A DNA stretch of 64,000 bases from Polyangiales bacterium (GTDB lineage: Bacteria; Myxococcota_A; Polyangia; Polyangiales; JADJQN01). Of the stretch, positions 10,465-21,416 are shown piece after piece. The DNA is taken from assembly GCA_964202905.1 (NCBI GenBank), contig CAXNJO010000001.1, positions 608,001-672,000 on the forward strand. Reading direction: 5' to 3'. Numbering within the stretch: the first letter of the stretch is position 1; the number at the start of each line of letters is the position of its first letter. The notes beneath the pieces were generated by a model. It saw only the letters and a program-made list of their open reading frames with translations. It had not been told where the DNA came from and made no database searches. A program made the position numbers and the translations under genes.

Positions 10465-11289
10465 TCAGGCGTCTGCGGCGAAGAACTCGCGCAGCACCGC
10501 CAGCGTCTCCGTGGGGTCGCTCATGTGCGGGCAGTGGCCGGTCGCGCGCAGCTTGCGGTACGTCGCGCGCGGGATCTCGCGGGCGCAGTAGAGGCCCACC
10601 TCTTCCGGCGCGATCGCGTCCTCGGAGCACTGGACGACGAGCGTCGGCTGCGTCACGCGCGGCAGATCGGCGCGGTTGTCGGCGAGGAAGGTGACCTCGG
10701 CGAAGCGGCGCAAATACAAGGGATCCGTCGAGCAGAAGCTCTGCGTGAGCTCGGCCGAGACGTCGGGGTGATCCGCGGCCCGCGCGACCGTCGGCGCGAG
10801 CATGTTCACCCAGCCCATGAAGTTGCGGTCCATGAGGTCGAGGAGGCCGTCGATGTCGGCGCGCGAGAAGCCACCGCGGTACGGCGGATCGTCGACGTAG
10901 CAGGGCGAGGGGCCGATCAGCGACAGACTGGCGAAGCGCTCCGGCGCCTCCCGTGCCGCGAGGACGCCGACCATCGAGCTGACGGAGTGCCCCACGAAGC
11001 GGGCGTCGCGGACCCCGAGCGCCTCGACGACGTCGAGCACGTCGCGGGCGTAGCCACGCAGCGAGCCGTAGCGCGCGGGGTCGTAGGCGCGCATGTCGGA
11101 GCGGCCGCAGCCGACGTAATCGAACAGCACGACGCGGTGGTCGCGCGCGAGGTCCGGCGCGACGTGGCGCCACATCGTCTGGTCGCAGCCGAAGCCGTGC
11201 GCGAGGACGACCGGCGGCGCGTCCTCCGGCCCCGTGACGGTGACGTGGTTGCGGTGGAGGATCGCTTGCGCGGTCGACTGTGTGCTCAC
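10465..11289 (-). CDS. rsbQ: RsbQ/KAI2-like alpha/beta hydrolase
   Basis: VLAHGFGCDQTMW, GHSVS nucleophile elbow, SPCYVDD, GHCPHMS. Confidence 0.85.
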   Translation of the reverse strand: MSTQSTAQAILHRNHVTVTGPEDAPPVVLAHGFGCDQTMWRHVAPDLARDHRVVLFDYVGCGRSDMRAYDPARYGSLRGYARDVLDVVEALGVRDARFVGHSVSSMVGVLAAREAPERFASLSLIGPSPCYVDDPPYRGGFSRADIDGLLDLMDRNFMGWVNMLAPTVARAADHPDVSAELTQSFCSTDPLYLRRFAEVTFLADNRADLPRVTQPTLVVQCSEDAIAPEEVGLYCAREIPRATYRKLRATGHCPHMSDPTETLAVLREFFAADA

Positions 11290-11547
11290 CGGGCCAGCGT
11301 AGGCCGGGGTGCGCGGACGACGGTAGCGATTTCATCACGGTGCGGTGCCCCGCGATGCGGCAATTTGGTTGACGTGTCGCGCGCGGGTTCCGTACTCTCC
11401 GCGCGGCCGTCGGCGTCGCGTACGTCGCCTCGCCCTCGTCTCTCCCTCGAAGTCGCGTTGACGAGGTCGCCAGCCCGGGCTGAGGGACCGTGACCGTTGC
11501 CCGGAAGTACCCCAAGGCACCCAGCGTCCCGCGTGGAGCGTCGAGCG

Positions 11548-14500
11548 ATGACCTCAGCCAGCCGAGTCCAGACCGTGTTCGTGACCGCCCTGCTCGTGGG
11601 CCTGCTCGCGAGCCTCGCGGCGCTCGCGGCGCTCGGCGTGCTCGGGGCGGAGGTCGGGGCCGGGGTGCTCACGGCCTTCGCGCTCGCGGCGCTGGTGGGC
11701 CTCCGGGGCCTGCGCGGCGAGGCCGTGCCGGTCGCCCCGGCACCGCGGGCGGAGGCGGCGCCGTTCCGGCTGCTCGCGTCGAGCGCCGAGCCGCACCTCC
11801 TCATCGCGGCCGATGGCAAGGTCGTCGACGGAAACGAAGCGGCCGCCGCGCTCGTCGGCGTGCCGCACGCGTCGCTCGCGGGGGCGTCGTTCGCCGGCTG
11901 GTTCGCCGACCCGGAGAGCGCCACCGTCGCGCTCGAGCGCACGCGGGCGCGGGGCGCGATCCGCGGCGTCGCGCTGACCTTGCAGCGGGCGTCCGGCGAG
12001 GCCCGCGGGCTGCTCTTCAGCGGCTCGCTCGCGCCCGCCGACGACGGCACCGCGCCGCACGCGCTCGTGGGGCTGCGCGATGTGAGCGAGTCGCGGAGCG
12101 CCGCGGCCGACGCCGAGAAGCGCCTCGCCTACACGCGGAGCCTCGTCGAGGCCTCGGCCGAACCGCTCCTCGTCCTCGACGTCGACGGCACCATCACCGA
12201 CGTGACGGACGCCGCGGTCGTGCGCTTCGGGCTGCCCCGGGAGCGGCTCGTCGGGAGCGAGTTCGGCGCGCTGTTCGCGGACGCCGACGCCGCGCGCCGC
12301 GTCCATGAACGTACGCTCACCGAGGGCAGGGTCAGCGATGTGGGTCTCACGCTGCGCAGCCGCGTGGCCGGGCTCGTCGAGGTGATGTTCTCGGGTCGCG
12401 CATACCGCGACGAGGGCGGCGTGCTCCGGGGTGTGTCCGCCGCGATCCGCGACGTCACCGCGACGCGCAAGGCCGAGCGTGAGCGCGACGCGAAGGAGTG
12501 GATGGTCGCCGGCGTCGGGCGGCTGAACGAGGTCTTTCAGGGGCAGGTCAACACGCGCGATTTGACGCGCCGCATCATTTCCGAGCTCGCGGAGTACACC
12601 GGCGCGCAGGTCGGCGCGTTCTACGCGGTCGATCCGGACGGCGAGGCCGACGCCCTCTCCCTGATCGCGAGCCACGCCTACACGCACCGCAAGACGCTCG
12701 CGACGCGCTTCCGGCCGGGCGAGGGCGTCGTCGGCCAGGCCGCCCTCGAGAAGAAGCAGATCCTCCTCTCCGACGTGCCGGAGGACTACATCCGCGTCGC
12801 CTCGGGGCTCGGCGAGGCGACGCCGCGCCACCTCTGCGTCACGCCGCTGATGCTCGAGGGGCGCGTGACCGGGATGCTCGAGCTCGCGTCGTTGGGCCCC
12901 TTCACCGACGCGGCCATCGACTATCTGCGGCAGGTCGCGCCGAGCGTCGCCGTCTCCCTCGAGGCGGCCGTCGCGCGGGAGCGCGTCGGCGTCGCCCTGC
13001 AGCGCGCGCAGACGCTCGCCGCCGAGCTCGAGGCGCAGCAGGACACGCTCCGCAACACCAACGCCGAGCTCGAGGAGCAGACCGCGCAGCTCAAGGTCTC
13101 CGAGCAGAAGTTCAAGTCGCAGCAGGCCGAGATCGAGCTCGCGAACATCGAGCTGACCCAGAAGAACGACCTGCTCGAGCGCCAGAAGGTCGAGACCGAG
13201 CAGGCGCGCCGCGTCCTCGCCGCGCAGGCCGAGGAGGTCGCGCTCGCGAGCAAGTACAAGTCCGAGTTCCTCGCGAACATGTCCCACGAGCTGCGCACAC
13301 CGCTCAACAGCCTGCTGCTGCTCGCGCGCTTGCTGCGCGAAAACGCGACCGAGAACCTCACGGCCGAGCAGGTCGAGTCGGCGACCGTCATCTACGAGAG
13401 CGGCAGCGATCTGCTCAGCCTGATCAACGAGATCCTCGACCTGTCGAAGATCGAGGCCGGCAAGATGGAGCTGCGCCTCGAGGCGGTCGAGCTCGCCGAC
13501 CTCGAGCGGAGCCTGCTCTCGCAGTTCGCGCACATGGCGAGCGCGCAGGGGCTCAAGCTCGTCATCGAGCGCGCGCCGGACGCGCCGGCGGAGATCGTGT
13601 CGGACGCGCAGCGCGTCGGGCAGGTGCTCAAGAACCTCATCGGCAACGCGCTGAAGTTCACGGAGGCGGGCGGCGTCACCGTGCGGATCGGCCGCCCCGA
13701 CCCGGACGCGCGCCTCGCGCGGAGCGGGCTCGACCCGGCCGCGAGCCTCGCGATCAGCGTCACCGACACGGGCATCGGCATCCCGGCCGACAAGCAGCGC
13801 ATCATCTTCGAGGCCTTCCAGCAGGCCGACTCGGGGGACCGCCGCAAGTACGGCGGCACGGGGCTCGGCCTCTCGATCTCGCGCGAGCTCGCGGCCCTGC
13901 TCGGCGGCGAGATCCAGCTCGTCAGCGAGCCCGGCAAGGGCTCGACCTTCACGGTGTTCCTGCCGCTGCGCGTCGAGGGGCCGGTGTCGGTGTCGCGCGG
14001 CCCCGCGCGCGCGCCGGCGCCCGCACCGACGCTGCCCCGCGTCGACGCCTTCGCGGCGCCCCAGCCTGCTGCGCCGAAGCCCGCGCCCGCGCGGCAGGCG
14101 CTGCCGGATGATCGCGCGTCGATCGCCGAGCACGATCGACGTGATCCTCGTCGTCGAGGACGACGAGCGCTTCGCGCGGATCCTCGCGGCGCACGTCCGC
14201 GCGCGGGGCCTGAAGTGCCTGCTCGCGACGAGCGGCGAGGAGGGCCTCGAGCTCGCGCGCGCGCACCGGCCCGACGGCGTCGTGCTCGACATCCAGCTCC
14301 CGCAGATGGACGGCTGGGCCGTGCTCAACACGCTCAAGCAGGACGTGTCGCTGCGGCACATCCCCGTGCACATCGTCTCGGCGGAGGAGTCGAGCACGCA
14401 GAACCTGCGCCTCGGCGCGATCGGCCACGTCGCGAAGCCCGTCGGGCGCGAACAGATCGACGAGGTGCTGCAGCGGCTCGAGGCGGCCTCCGCGCAGGCG

Positions 14501-15304
14501 CCGAAGCGCGTGCTCGTCGTCGAGGACGACGACGTGATGCGCCGCGAGACCGTGCGCATCGTGGGCAACGGCAACGTCTCCGTCACCGAGGTCTCGACGG
14601 GCGGGGCGGCGCTCGCGGCCCTCGCCGAGGGGCCGTTCCAGCTGGTCGTGATGGACCTCGGCCTGCCGGACATGCAGGGCCTCGAGCTGCTCCGCCGCAT
14701 CACCGAGGCGAAGCTCGCGCTGCCGCCCGTCATCATCCACACCAACCGCGAGCTCACCACCGAGGAGGAACTCTTCCTGCGGGCGTACGCGGAGTCGATC
14801 ATCGTCAAGGACGTGCGCTCGCAGGAGCGGCTCATCGACGAGGTCGCGCTCTTCCTGCACCGCGTCGTGCGCGATCTGCCCGAGGAGAACCGCCGCGCGA
14901 TCCTGCACCTGCACGAGTCGAACGAGCCGCTCCGCGGGAAGAAGGTGCTCATCGTCGAGGACGACATGCGCACCATGTTCGCGATGGCGCGCATGCTCGC
15001 GGGGCACGGCGTGAACCCGGTCAAGGCCGAGAACGGCGAGCGCGCGCTCGCGATGCTCGGCGAGCACCCCGACGTCGACCTCGTGCTCATGGACATGATG
15101 ATGCCGGTGCTCGACGGCTACGAGGCCATGCAGCGGATCCGCAAGATCGGCCCGTTCGCGCGCCTGCCGATCGTCGCGCTCACCGCGAAGGCCATGAAGG
15201 AGGACCGCCAGCGCTGCCTCGAGGCGGGCGCGACGGACTACCTCTCGAAGCCGGTCGACCCGGATCGCCTCGTCTCCCTCATGCGCGTGCTGCTCTCCCG
15301 CTGA
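11548..15304 (+). CDS. Multi-sensor hybrid histidine kinase (PAS-PAS-GAF-coiled coil-HK-3xREC); one frameshift near 14135
   Basis: KYKSEFLANMSHELRTPLN, DLSKIEAG, GGTGLGL; three receiver domains in the 14108-15304 frame continue the protein. Confidence 0.88.
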
Positions 15305-15320
15305 ATCCCCTGGAGTCGCC

Positions 15321-16181
15321 GTGAGCAACCCGTCGACGAACCTCCTGCACGCGACGCCGGAGGACATCGCGCAGATCGAGGTGGGCCTCCTGCTCGAGGC
15401 CATCCACCTCCGCTACGGCTACGACTTCCGCGACTACGCGCGCGAGACGCTGGCGCGCCGCATCGCGCAGTTCCAGCTCGACGCGGGCATCCCGACGATC
15501 GGCGAGGTGACCTCGCGCATCCTCCGCGAGCCGGGCGTGTTCTACCGGCTCGTCGGCTATTTCTCGGTGAACGTCACCGCGCTCTTCCGCGACCCGTTCG
15601 TCTACGCGGCGCTGCGGCGGCACGTCGTGCCGCTGCTGCGCACGTGGCCCCACGTGAAGCTCTGGGACGCGGGCTGCGCGACGGGCGAGGAGGTGTACTC
15701 GCTCGCGATCCTCCTCAGCGAGGAGGGCCTCCTCGAGCGCTGCACGCTCTACGCGACGGACATCAGCGCCTCGGCGCTCGAGACGGCGCGGGCCGGCATC
15801 TATCCGCTCGAGACGATCCTGCGCGGCAGCACGAACTACCTCGAGTCGGGCGCGCGCGGCTCGCTCTCCAACTATTATCACGCGCGATACGATGCCGCGG
15901 CGATGGACGCGCGCCTCCGCAAGGGCGTGACGTTCGCGCGACACAACCTCGCGATGGACACGTCGTTCGGCGAGATGCAGGTCATCGTCTGCCGCAACGT
16001 GCTCATCTACTTCAACCGCGAGCTGCAGGACCACGTGCTCGAGCTCTTCTGGGAGAGCCTCGAGAACGGCGGCTTCCTCTGCCTCGGCGACAAGGAATCG
16101 CTCTCGTTCACCTCGGTGGCCGACCGCTTCGAGGTGATCGACGAGAGCGCGCGGATTTACAAGAAGAGGGCGAGGCGATGA
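15321..16181 (+). CDS. cheR: CheR family protein-glutamate methyltransferase
   Basis: YGYDFRDYA, VNVTALFRDP, WDAGCATGEEVYS, VIVCRNVLIYF. Confidence 0.93.
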   Translation: MSNPSTNLLHATPEDIAQIEVGLLLEAIHLRYGYDFRDYARETLARRIAQFQLDAGIPTIGEVTSRILREPGVFYRLVGYFSVNVTALFRDPFVYAALRRHVVPLLRTWPHVKLWDAGCATGEEVYSLAILLSEEGLLERCTLYATDISASALETARAGIYPLETILRGSTNYLESGARGSLSNYYHARYDAAAMDARLRKGVTFARHNLAMDTSFGEMQVIVCRNVLIYFNRELQDHVLELFWESLENGGFLCLGDKESLSFTSVADRFEVIDESARIYKKRARR

Positions 16182-18598
16182 GCGCACCCGACACGACGAA
16201 CGATCCCCGCCGGCCGGTCCGCGGCGCCGAGGTCCTGATCCTGGCCGTCGACGACAAGCCGGCCAACCTCATCGCGCTCGAGCGCGCGCTCGCCTCGGTG
16301 CCCGCGCGGATCGTGAAGGCGACGAGCGGCGAAGAGGCCCTCGCGGTGTCGCTGCGCCACCAGTTCGCGCTCGCGATCCTCGACGTCCAGATGCCCGGCA
16401 TGGACGGCTACGAGCTCGCCGAGATCCTGCTCGCCGACCCGGCCACCGCGCGCACGCCGATCATCTTCGTGACCGCCGCGTACTCGGACGAGGCGCATCT
16501 GTTCAAGGGCTACGGCGCGGGCGCCGTGGACTACATGGTCAAGCCCTACGACCCGGCGATCCTCGTCTCGAAGGTCAACGTCTTCCTCGAGCTCGCGCGG
16601 CACCGCTTCGGCCTCGAGGACGCCGTCGAAGAGCGCACGCGCGCGCTCCGGGCGAGCGAGGCGCGCTACCGCACGCTCTTCGAGACGATGGCGCAGGGCG
16701 TCGTCTACCAGGACGCGACGGGCCGGATCGTCGAGTCGAACCCCGCCGCGCAGCGCATCCTCGGGCGCTCGGGGCCGGAGCTGCTCGGTCGCGACTCGGC
16801 GGACGGCACCTGGGTGGCGGTGCGGGAGGACGGGCGCGAGTTCCCCGGCCACGAGCACCCCGCGATGGTCGCGCTCCGCACGGGGCAGCCCGTGCGCGAC
16901 GTGGTGATGGGGCTGCAGCGGCCGGCCGACGGCGGCACGGTGTGGATCCACATCGACGCGACCCCGCAGTTCCGCCCCGGTGAGCGCGAGCCGCATCAGG
17001 TCTACACGACCTTCTCGGACATCACCGCGCGTCGCGAGGCGGAGCGCAAGGTCGAGGCGTCCGAGCGCGCGCTGCGCACGGTCTTCGAGAGCATCGAGGA
17101 CGGCATCCTCGTCATCGACGCCGACACCTTCGCGCTGCAGCTCGCGAACGGCGGCATGGGGCGGCTCCTCGGGCGCCCGGCGCCGCTGCATGCCGGCTCG
17201 CCGCTCGCCGAGCTGCTCCCGGCCACGCACCTCGGGCGGCTCCGCGCGCACGCGGCGCTGCGCCAGGAGGGCGCGTCCACGATCCTCGATCTGCCGATCC
17301 GGCGGAGCGACGGATCGGAGGCAGTCGCCGACGTCCTGCTCGCGCCCATCGATCTCCGCGGTCGCCGCTGCCTGCTCGCCGTCTTCCGCGACATGACCGA
17401 GCGGCGTCGCGAGGAGCGCGAGCGCGAGCGGCTGCAGGCCGAGCTCTATCAAGCGCAGCGCATGGAATCGATCGGCGTGCTCGCGGGCGGCGTCGCGCAC
17501 GACTTCAACAACCTGCTCTCGGTGATCCTCGGCTACGTCGGGCTCGCGATCGACAGCGAGGACACGAGCGCGACGACGCGCGAGGACCTCGTCGAGGTGA
17601 AGAAGGCGGGCGAGCGCTCCGCCGAGCTCACGCGGCAACTGCTCGCCTTCGGCCGCAAGCAGGTGTTGCAGCGGGTGCCGATCGACCTGAACCACATCGC
17701 GCTCGGCGTCGAGAAGATGCTGCGCCGCATCATCGGCGAGGACATCGCGCTCTCGTTCGAGCTCGGCGACGCGCTGTGGATCGTCCGCGCGGATCCCGGG
17801 CAGGTCGAGCAGATCGTGATGAACCTCGCGGTCAACGCGCGCGACGCGATGCCCCACGGCGGCACGCTGCGGATCGCCACCGAGAACATCGAGATCGATC
17901 GCGCGCTGAGCGCGCGGCACCCGGAGCTCGCGCCGGGCAGCTACGTGCGCTTCACGGTGTCCGACACCGGACACGGCATCGACGCCGACACGCTCGGCCG
18001 CATCTTCGAGCCGTTCTTCACGACCAAGGCGCGCGACAAGGGCACCGGGCTCGGGCTCTCGACGGTGTACGGCATCGTGACGCAGAGCGAGGGCTACGTG
18101 TTCTGCGAGAGCGAGGTCGGCCGCGGCACCGCGTTCCGCGTCTACCTGCCGCGCGTCGAGGGCGTCGCGCCGGTCTCGGTGCGGCCTGCGCCGCTCGCGG
18201 GCGAGATCCGCGGCGGCAGCGAGACGGTGCTCGTCGTCGAGGACGCGGATCCGGTGCGCAGCCTCGCGGCGCGGGCGCTCGACGCGGCGGGCTACCGCGT
18301 GCTGACGGCCATCGACGGCGTCGACGCGCTGCGCACGAGCGCCTCGTGGTCCGCGCCGATCCACCTCGTGCTCACCGACGTCGTCATGCCGCGCATGGGC
18401 GGCGACGAGCTCGCGACGCGCCTCGCGGAGGTCCGTCCCGAGTCGCGCGTGCTGTTCATGTCGGGCTACACCGGCTCGATCTTCCGCCGCGACGGGCACA
18501 GCGAGCCACAGCTGCACTTCGTCGAGAAGCCCTTCCGCGTCGACGATCTGCTGCGCAAGGTCCGCGCGATGCTCGACGCGCCGGTCGCGCCGGGCTGA
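16178..18598 (+). CDS. REC-PAS-PAS-histidine kinase-REC hybrid
   Basis: ATG overlaps the cheR stop; AVDD...DVQMPGMDG; GGVAHDFNNLL; NARDAM; GTGLGL; C-terminal receiver. Confidence 0.92.
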   Translation: MSAPDTTNDPRRPVRGAEVLILAVDDKPANLIALERALASVPARIVKATSGEEALAVSLRHQFALAILDVQMPGMDGYELAEILLADPATARTPIIFVTAAYSDEAHLFKGYGAGAVDYMVKPYDPAILVSKVNVFLELARHRFGLEDAVEERTRALRASEARYRTLFETMAQGVVYQDATGRIVESNPAAQRILGRSGPELLGRDSADGTWVAVREDGREFPGHEHPAMVALRTGQPVRDVVMGLQRPADGGTVWIHIDATPQFRPGEREPHQVYTTFSDITARREAERKVEASERALRTVFESIEDGILVIDADTFALQLANGGMGRLLGRPAPLHAGSPLAELLPATHLGRLRAHAALRQEGASTILDLPIRRSDGSEAVADVLLAPIDLRGRRCLLAVFRDMTERRREERERERLQAELYQAQRMESIGVLAGGVAHDFNNLLSVILGYVGLAIDSEDTSATTREDLVEVKKAGERSAELTRQLLAFGRKQVLQRVPIDLNHIALGVEKMLRRIIGEDIALSFELGDALWIVRADPGQVEQIVMNLAVNARDAMPHGGTLRIATENIEIDRALSARHPELAPGSYVRFTVSDTGHGIDADTLGRIFEPFFTTKARDKGTGLGLSTVYGIVTQSEGYVFCESEVGRGTAFRVYLPRVEGVAPVSVRPAPLAGEIRGGSETVLVVEDADPVRSLAARALDAAGYRVLTAIDGVDALRTSASWSAPIHLVLTDVVMPRMGGDELATRLAEVRPESRVLFMSGYTGSIFRRDGHSEPQLHFVEKPFRVDDLLRKVRAMLDAPVAPG

Positions 18599-18730
18599 CG
18601 CATCGCGCCGGTGCTGCGCCGGACCGAGCCCGCGGCATCGCCTCGCCGCTCGGCGCTTCGTCGTTCGGCTCTTCGTCGCGGCGCCTCGTCGCGCCTCGCC
18701 GCCCGGAGATTCAAAGCCCTGGAACGCCTG

Positions 18731-18773
18731 AAAAAAGCGAAGCCCCGGGACGCTCGAGCGTGCCCGGGGCTCC
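18731..18773 (-). terminator. Rho-independent terminator of the Cys-rich lipoprotein genes
   Basis: Minus strand: GGAGCCCCGGG...CCCGGGGCTTC hairpin followed by GCTTTTTT, ~25 nt after the stop at 18798. Confidence 0.75.
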
Positions 18774-18797
18774 GTGGGGGGTCGCGTCAGCGCGTGT

Positions 18798-19835
18798 TCA
18801 GGGGCAGCGGCCGTCGACGCAGATGACGTCGCTCGGGCGGCCCGGGTACGGGCAGCACGAGGCGAAGTCGCCGGTGCACGACGCGTCGCACGGGCAGGTG
18901 CTGCAACCGACGCCGGGGCGGAAGTCGCGGCAGTTGCCGTCGCTGCAGATCTGCTCGACGTCGCAGCGATCGCCGCAGCCGCCGCAGTGCTGCGGGTCGT
19001 TGTTGGTGTCGACGCAGGAGCCGCCGCAGCGATCGAGCCCGCCGCCGCAGTCGGCGACGCAGTTGCCGCCGCTGCACACCGGCGTGCCGCCGCTGCAGAC
19101 GCGGCCGAGCATCCCGCAGTTCATGGGATCGGTCGCGAAGTCGCGGCAGGTGCCGCCCACGTCCGTGAGGCCCGGGCGGCAGACGCAGCCGCCCGCGACG
19201 CAGTACTCGAGGTCGCCGCAGGCGTTGCCCGCGCCGCCGCAGTTCTCCGGATCGCGCGTGATATCGACACAGCGCCCGCCGCTCGACACGAGCGGAGGCG
19301 CACAGGTGCAGACGCCCGAGGTGCACGCGCCCCCGCCGCAGCCGCGCCCGCACTCGCCGCAGTTGGCAGGGTCGCTCGAGAGGTCCGCGCAGGTGTCGCC
19401 GCAGGCGACGAGCCCGGTGCCGCAGACGCACGCGCCCGCGTTGCAGAGCGAGCCGCTCGGGCAGCTGTTGCCGCACGCGCCGCAGTTCAGCGGGTCGGTC
19501 AGGAGGCCGGTGGTGCAGCCGTTGCCGCAGTCCATGGTGCCCGACGGGCAGGCGCAGAGCCCGCTCGTGCAGACGGCGCCCGGATCGCAGTCGTTGCCGC
19601 AGCCGCCACAGTGATCGACCGAGGTCGAGAGGTCCGCGCAGATCGCGCCGCACGCGACGAGCCCGCTCGGGCAGGGCGCGCCGTCGGGCGGACGCAGGAT
19701 CGCGCCGTCCGGGCCGGTGCCGCCCCCGCCGGGAGGCGTGCCGCCGTCCCCGCCGCCGCACCCGGCGAGTGCGGCGCCGAGCGCGAGCGCGCCGAGCGCG
19801 AGGCGCAGGGAGGTCGTGACGAGCCGTGCGTTCAC
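18798..19835 (-). CDS. Cys-rich repeat lipoprotein (six CxDxxxDxxNCGxCG-type repeats)
   Basis: GTG start overlapping the upstream stop; lipobox LAGC; Stig1/MXAN_6577-like repeats; C-terminal CxxCPC...CC.YPG domain. Confidence 0.85.
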   Translation of the reverse strand: MNARLVTTSLRLALGALALGAALAGCGGGDGGTPPGGGGTGPDGAILRPPDGAPCPSGLVACGAICADLSTSVDHCGGCGNDCDPGAVCTSGLCACPSGTMDCGNGCTTGLLTDPLNCGACGNSCPSGSLCNAGACVCGTGLVACGDTCADLSSDPANCGECGRGCGGGACTSGVCTCAPPLVSSGGRCVDITRDPENCGGAGNACGDLEYCVAGGCVCRPGLTDVGGTCRDFATDPMNCGMLGRVCSGGTPVCSGGNCVADCGGGLDRCGGSCVDTNNDPQHCGGCGDRCDVEQICSDGNCRDFRPGVGCSTCPCDASCTGDFASCCPYPGRPSDVICVDGRCP

Positions 19836-21329
19836 GGGCACGCCCCGGCGTCCACGCAGACGACGTCCATCGTGCCCGGGTACGCGCAGCACTGCGTGAA
19901 ATCGCCGACGCAGCGCGTGTCGCACGGGCACATCGAGCAGCCGAGGGCGGGTTCGTAGTTCTGGCAGTTGCCCGCGACGCACACTTCGTCGCTGGCGCAG
20001 CGTGCATCTCCGCCACCGCCACCGCCGCCGCAGCCGCCGCAGTTGCGCGGGTCGGTGTCTGTGTCGACGCATGCGCCGAGGCCGCCGCCGCCGCCGGCGA
20101 AGCAGCGATCGAGGCCGGCGCCGCACGCGCCGACGCACATCCCGCCGCTGCAGCTGGGCGTCGCGCCCATGCAGGTGGTGCCGACCGCACCGCAGTTGCG
20201 CGGGTCGGTCTGCAGGTCGGTGCAGAACATGCCGACGCGCGTGAGGCCCGGGCGGCACTGGCACATGCCGCCCACGCAGTACTCGGTGGTGCCGCAGTCG
20301 TTGCCGACCATGCCGCAGTTGTTCGGGTCACGCGTGAGGTCCACGCAGGCGCCGCCCGGCGTGGGGGTGAGCGGCGCGGGGCAGGTGCAGGTGCCCGAGA
20401 TGCAGCTGCCGGCGGGGTCGCAGTCGCGGCCGCAGGCGCCGCAGTTGTCGGTGTCGGTCGAGAGGTCCGCGCACGTCGCGCCGCACGCGACCTCGCCCAT
20501 CGGGCAGACGCACGCGCCCGACACGCAGGCCGAGCCGACGGGGCAGTCGTTGCCACACGCGCCGCAATTCATGGTGTCGGCGGAGAGGTCCGCGCAGGTC
20601 GCGCCGCAGTCGACGCGGCCCGTCGGGCAGCGGCACACGCCCGCCTCGCAGGTCGATCCGCTCGGGCAGGTGTTGCCGCAGGTGCCGCAGTTCAGCGGGT
20701 CGGTGGCGAGGCCCGTCGTGCAGCCGCCGCCGCAGTCCATCGTGCCCATCGGGCAGGTGCAGGCGCCGCTCGTGCAGACCGCGCCGGGGTTGCAGTCGTT
20801 GCCGCAGCGGCCGCAGTTGTCGGTGTCGGTCGAGACGTCGGCGCAGGTGCATCCCGCAGGTCACGAGGCCCGTGCGGCAGGCGCAGACGCCGAGCGTGCA
20901 CGACTGCGTTGGGCCGCAGTCGTTGCCGCAGCGGCCGCAGTCGGTGTTCGAGTTCTGCAAGTCGACGCAGCCGGTGTCGCAGAGGTCGCGGCCCATCGGG
21001 CAGCTGCAGGCGCCGCTCGTGCAGACGCCGCCGGCGCCGCAGTCGACGCCGCAGCGGCCGCAGTTCAAGGCGTCGCTCGAGGGGTCGACGCAGGACGCGC
21101 CGCACGCGATCAGCGGGCTCGCACACGTCGGCGGGGCCGCGTCGGGGTCGACGTTGGCGTCCGTGCCGGTGCTGCCATCCGTGTCGACGCTGCCGTCCGT
21201 GCCAGTGCTGGCGTCCATCCCGCCGCTGGCATCCGGGCTCCCGGGGGGCGGTGAATCGCCCCCGCCGCAGCCTGCGCCCATCACCGTCCACGCCGTGAGC
21301 ATCACCATTCCAAGCACTGCTTTGCGCAT
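19832..21329 (-). CDS. Cys-rich repeat lipoprotein, paralog with nine repeats (frameshift near 20850)
   Basis: SD GAGGAGG; signal peptide ending GAGC; repeats continue across the 20328-21329 and 19832-20749 frames; same C-terminal domain as its neighbour. Confidence 0.82.
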
Positions 21330-21384
21330 GATCGAGCCTCCTCGGGGTCGGACGGCGAAGCGCCTCCGTATCCACGCTCGTGAT

Positions 21385-21408
21385 GTCCGTGACCCTGCTC
21401 GGTTCTCA
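21385..21408 (-). promoter_or_regulatory. Putative ECF sigma promoter TGAGAAC-N12-CGGAC (copy 1)
   Basis: Same bipartite motif and spacing as at 24169-24192; lies in the intergenic gap upstream of the Cys-rich lipoprotein pair. Confidence 0.55.
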
Positions 21409-21416
21409 ACGATTCG

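Noticed and set aside
7424..11515. 1363-aa ORF and other very long Arg/Ala/Pro-rich ORFs (e.g. 40236-43664, 49843-53265, 4064-7348)
   Set aside because: Shadow frames caused by stop-codon scarcity in high-GC DNA; only embedded segments (DoxX, vWA) look real
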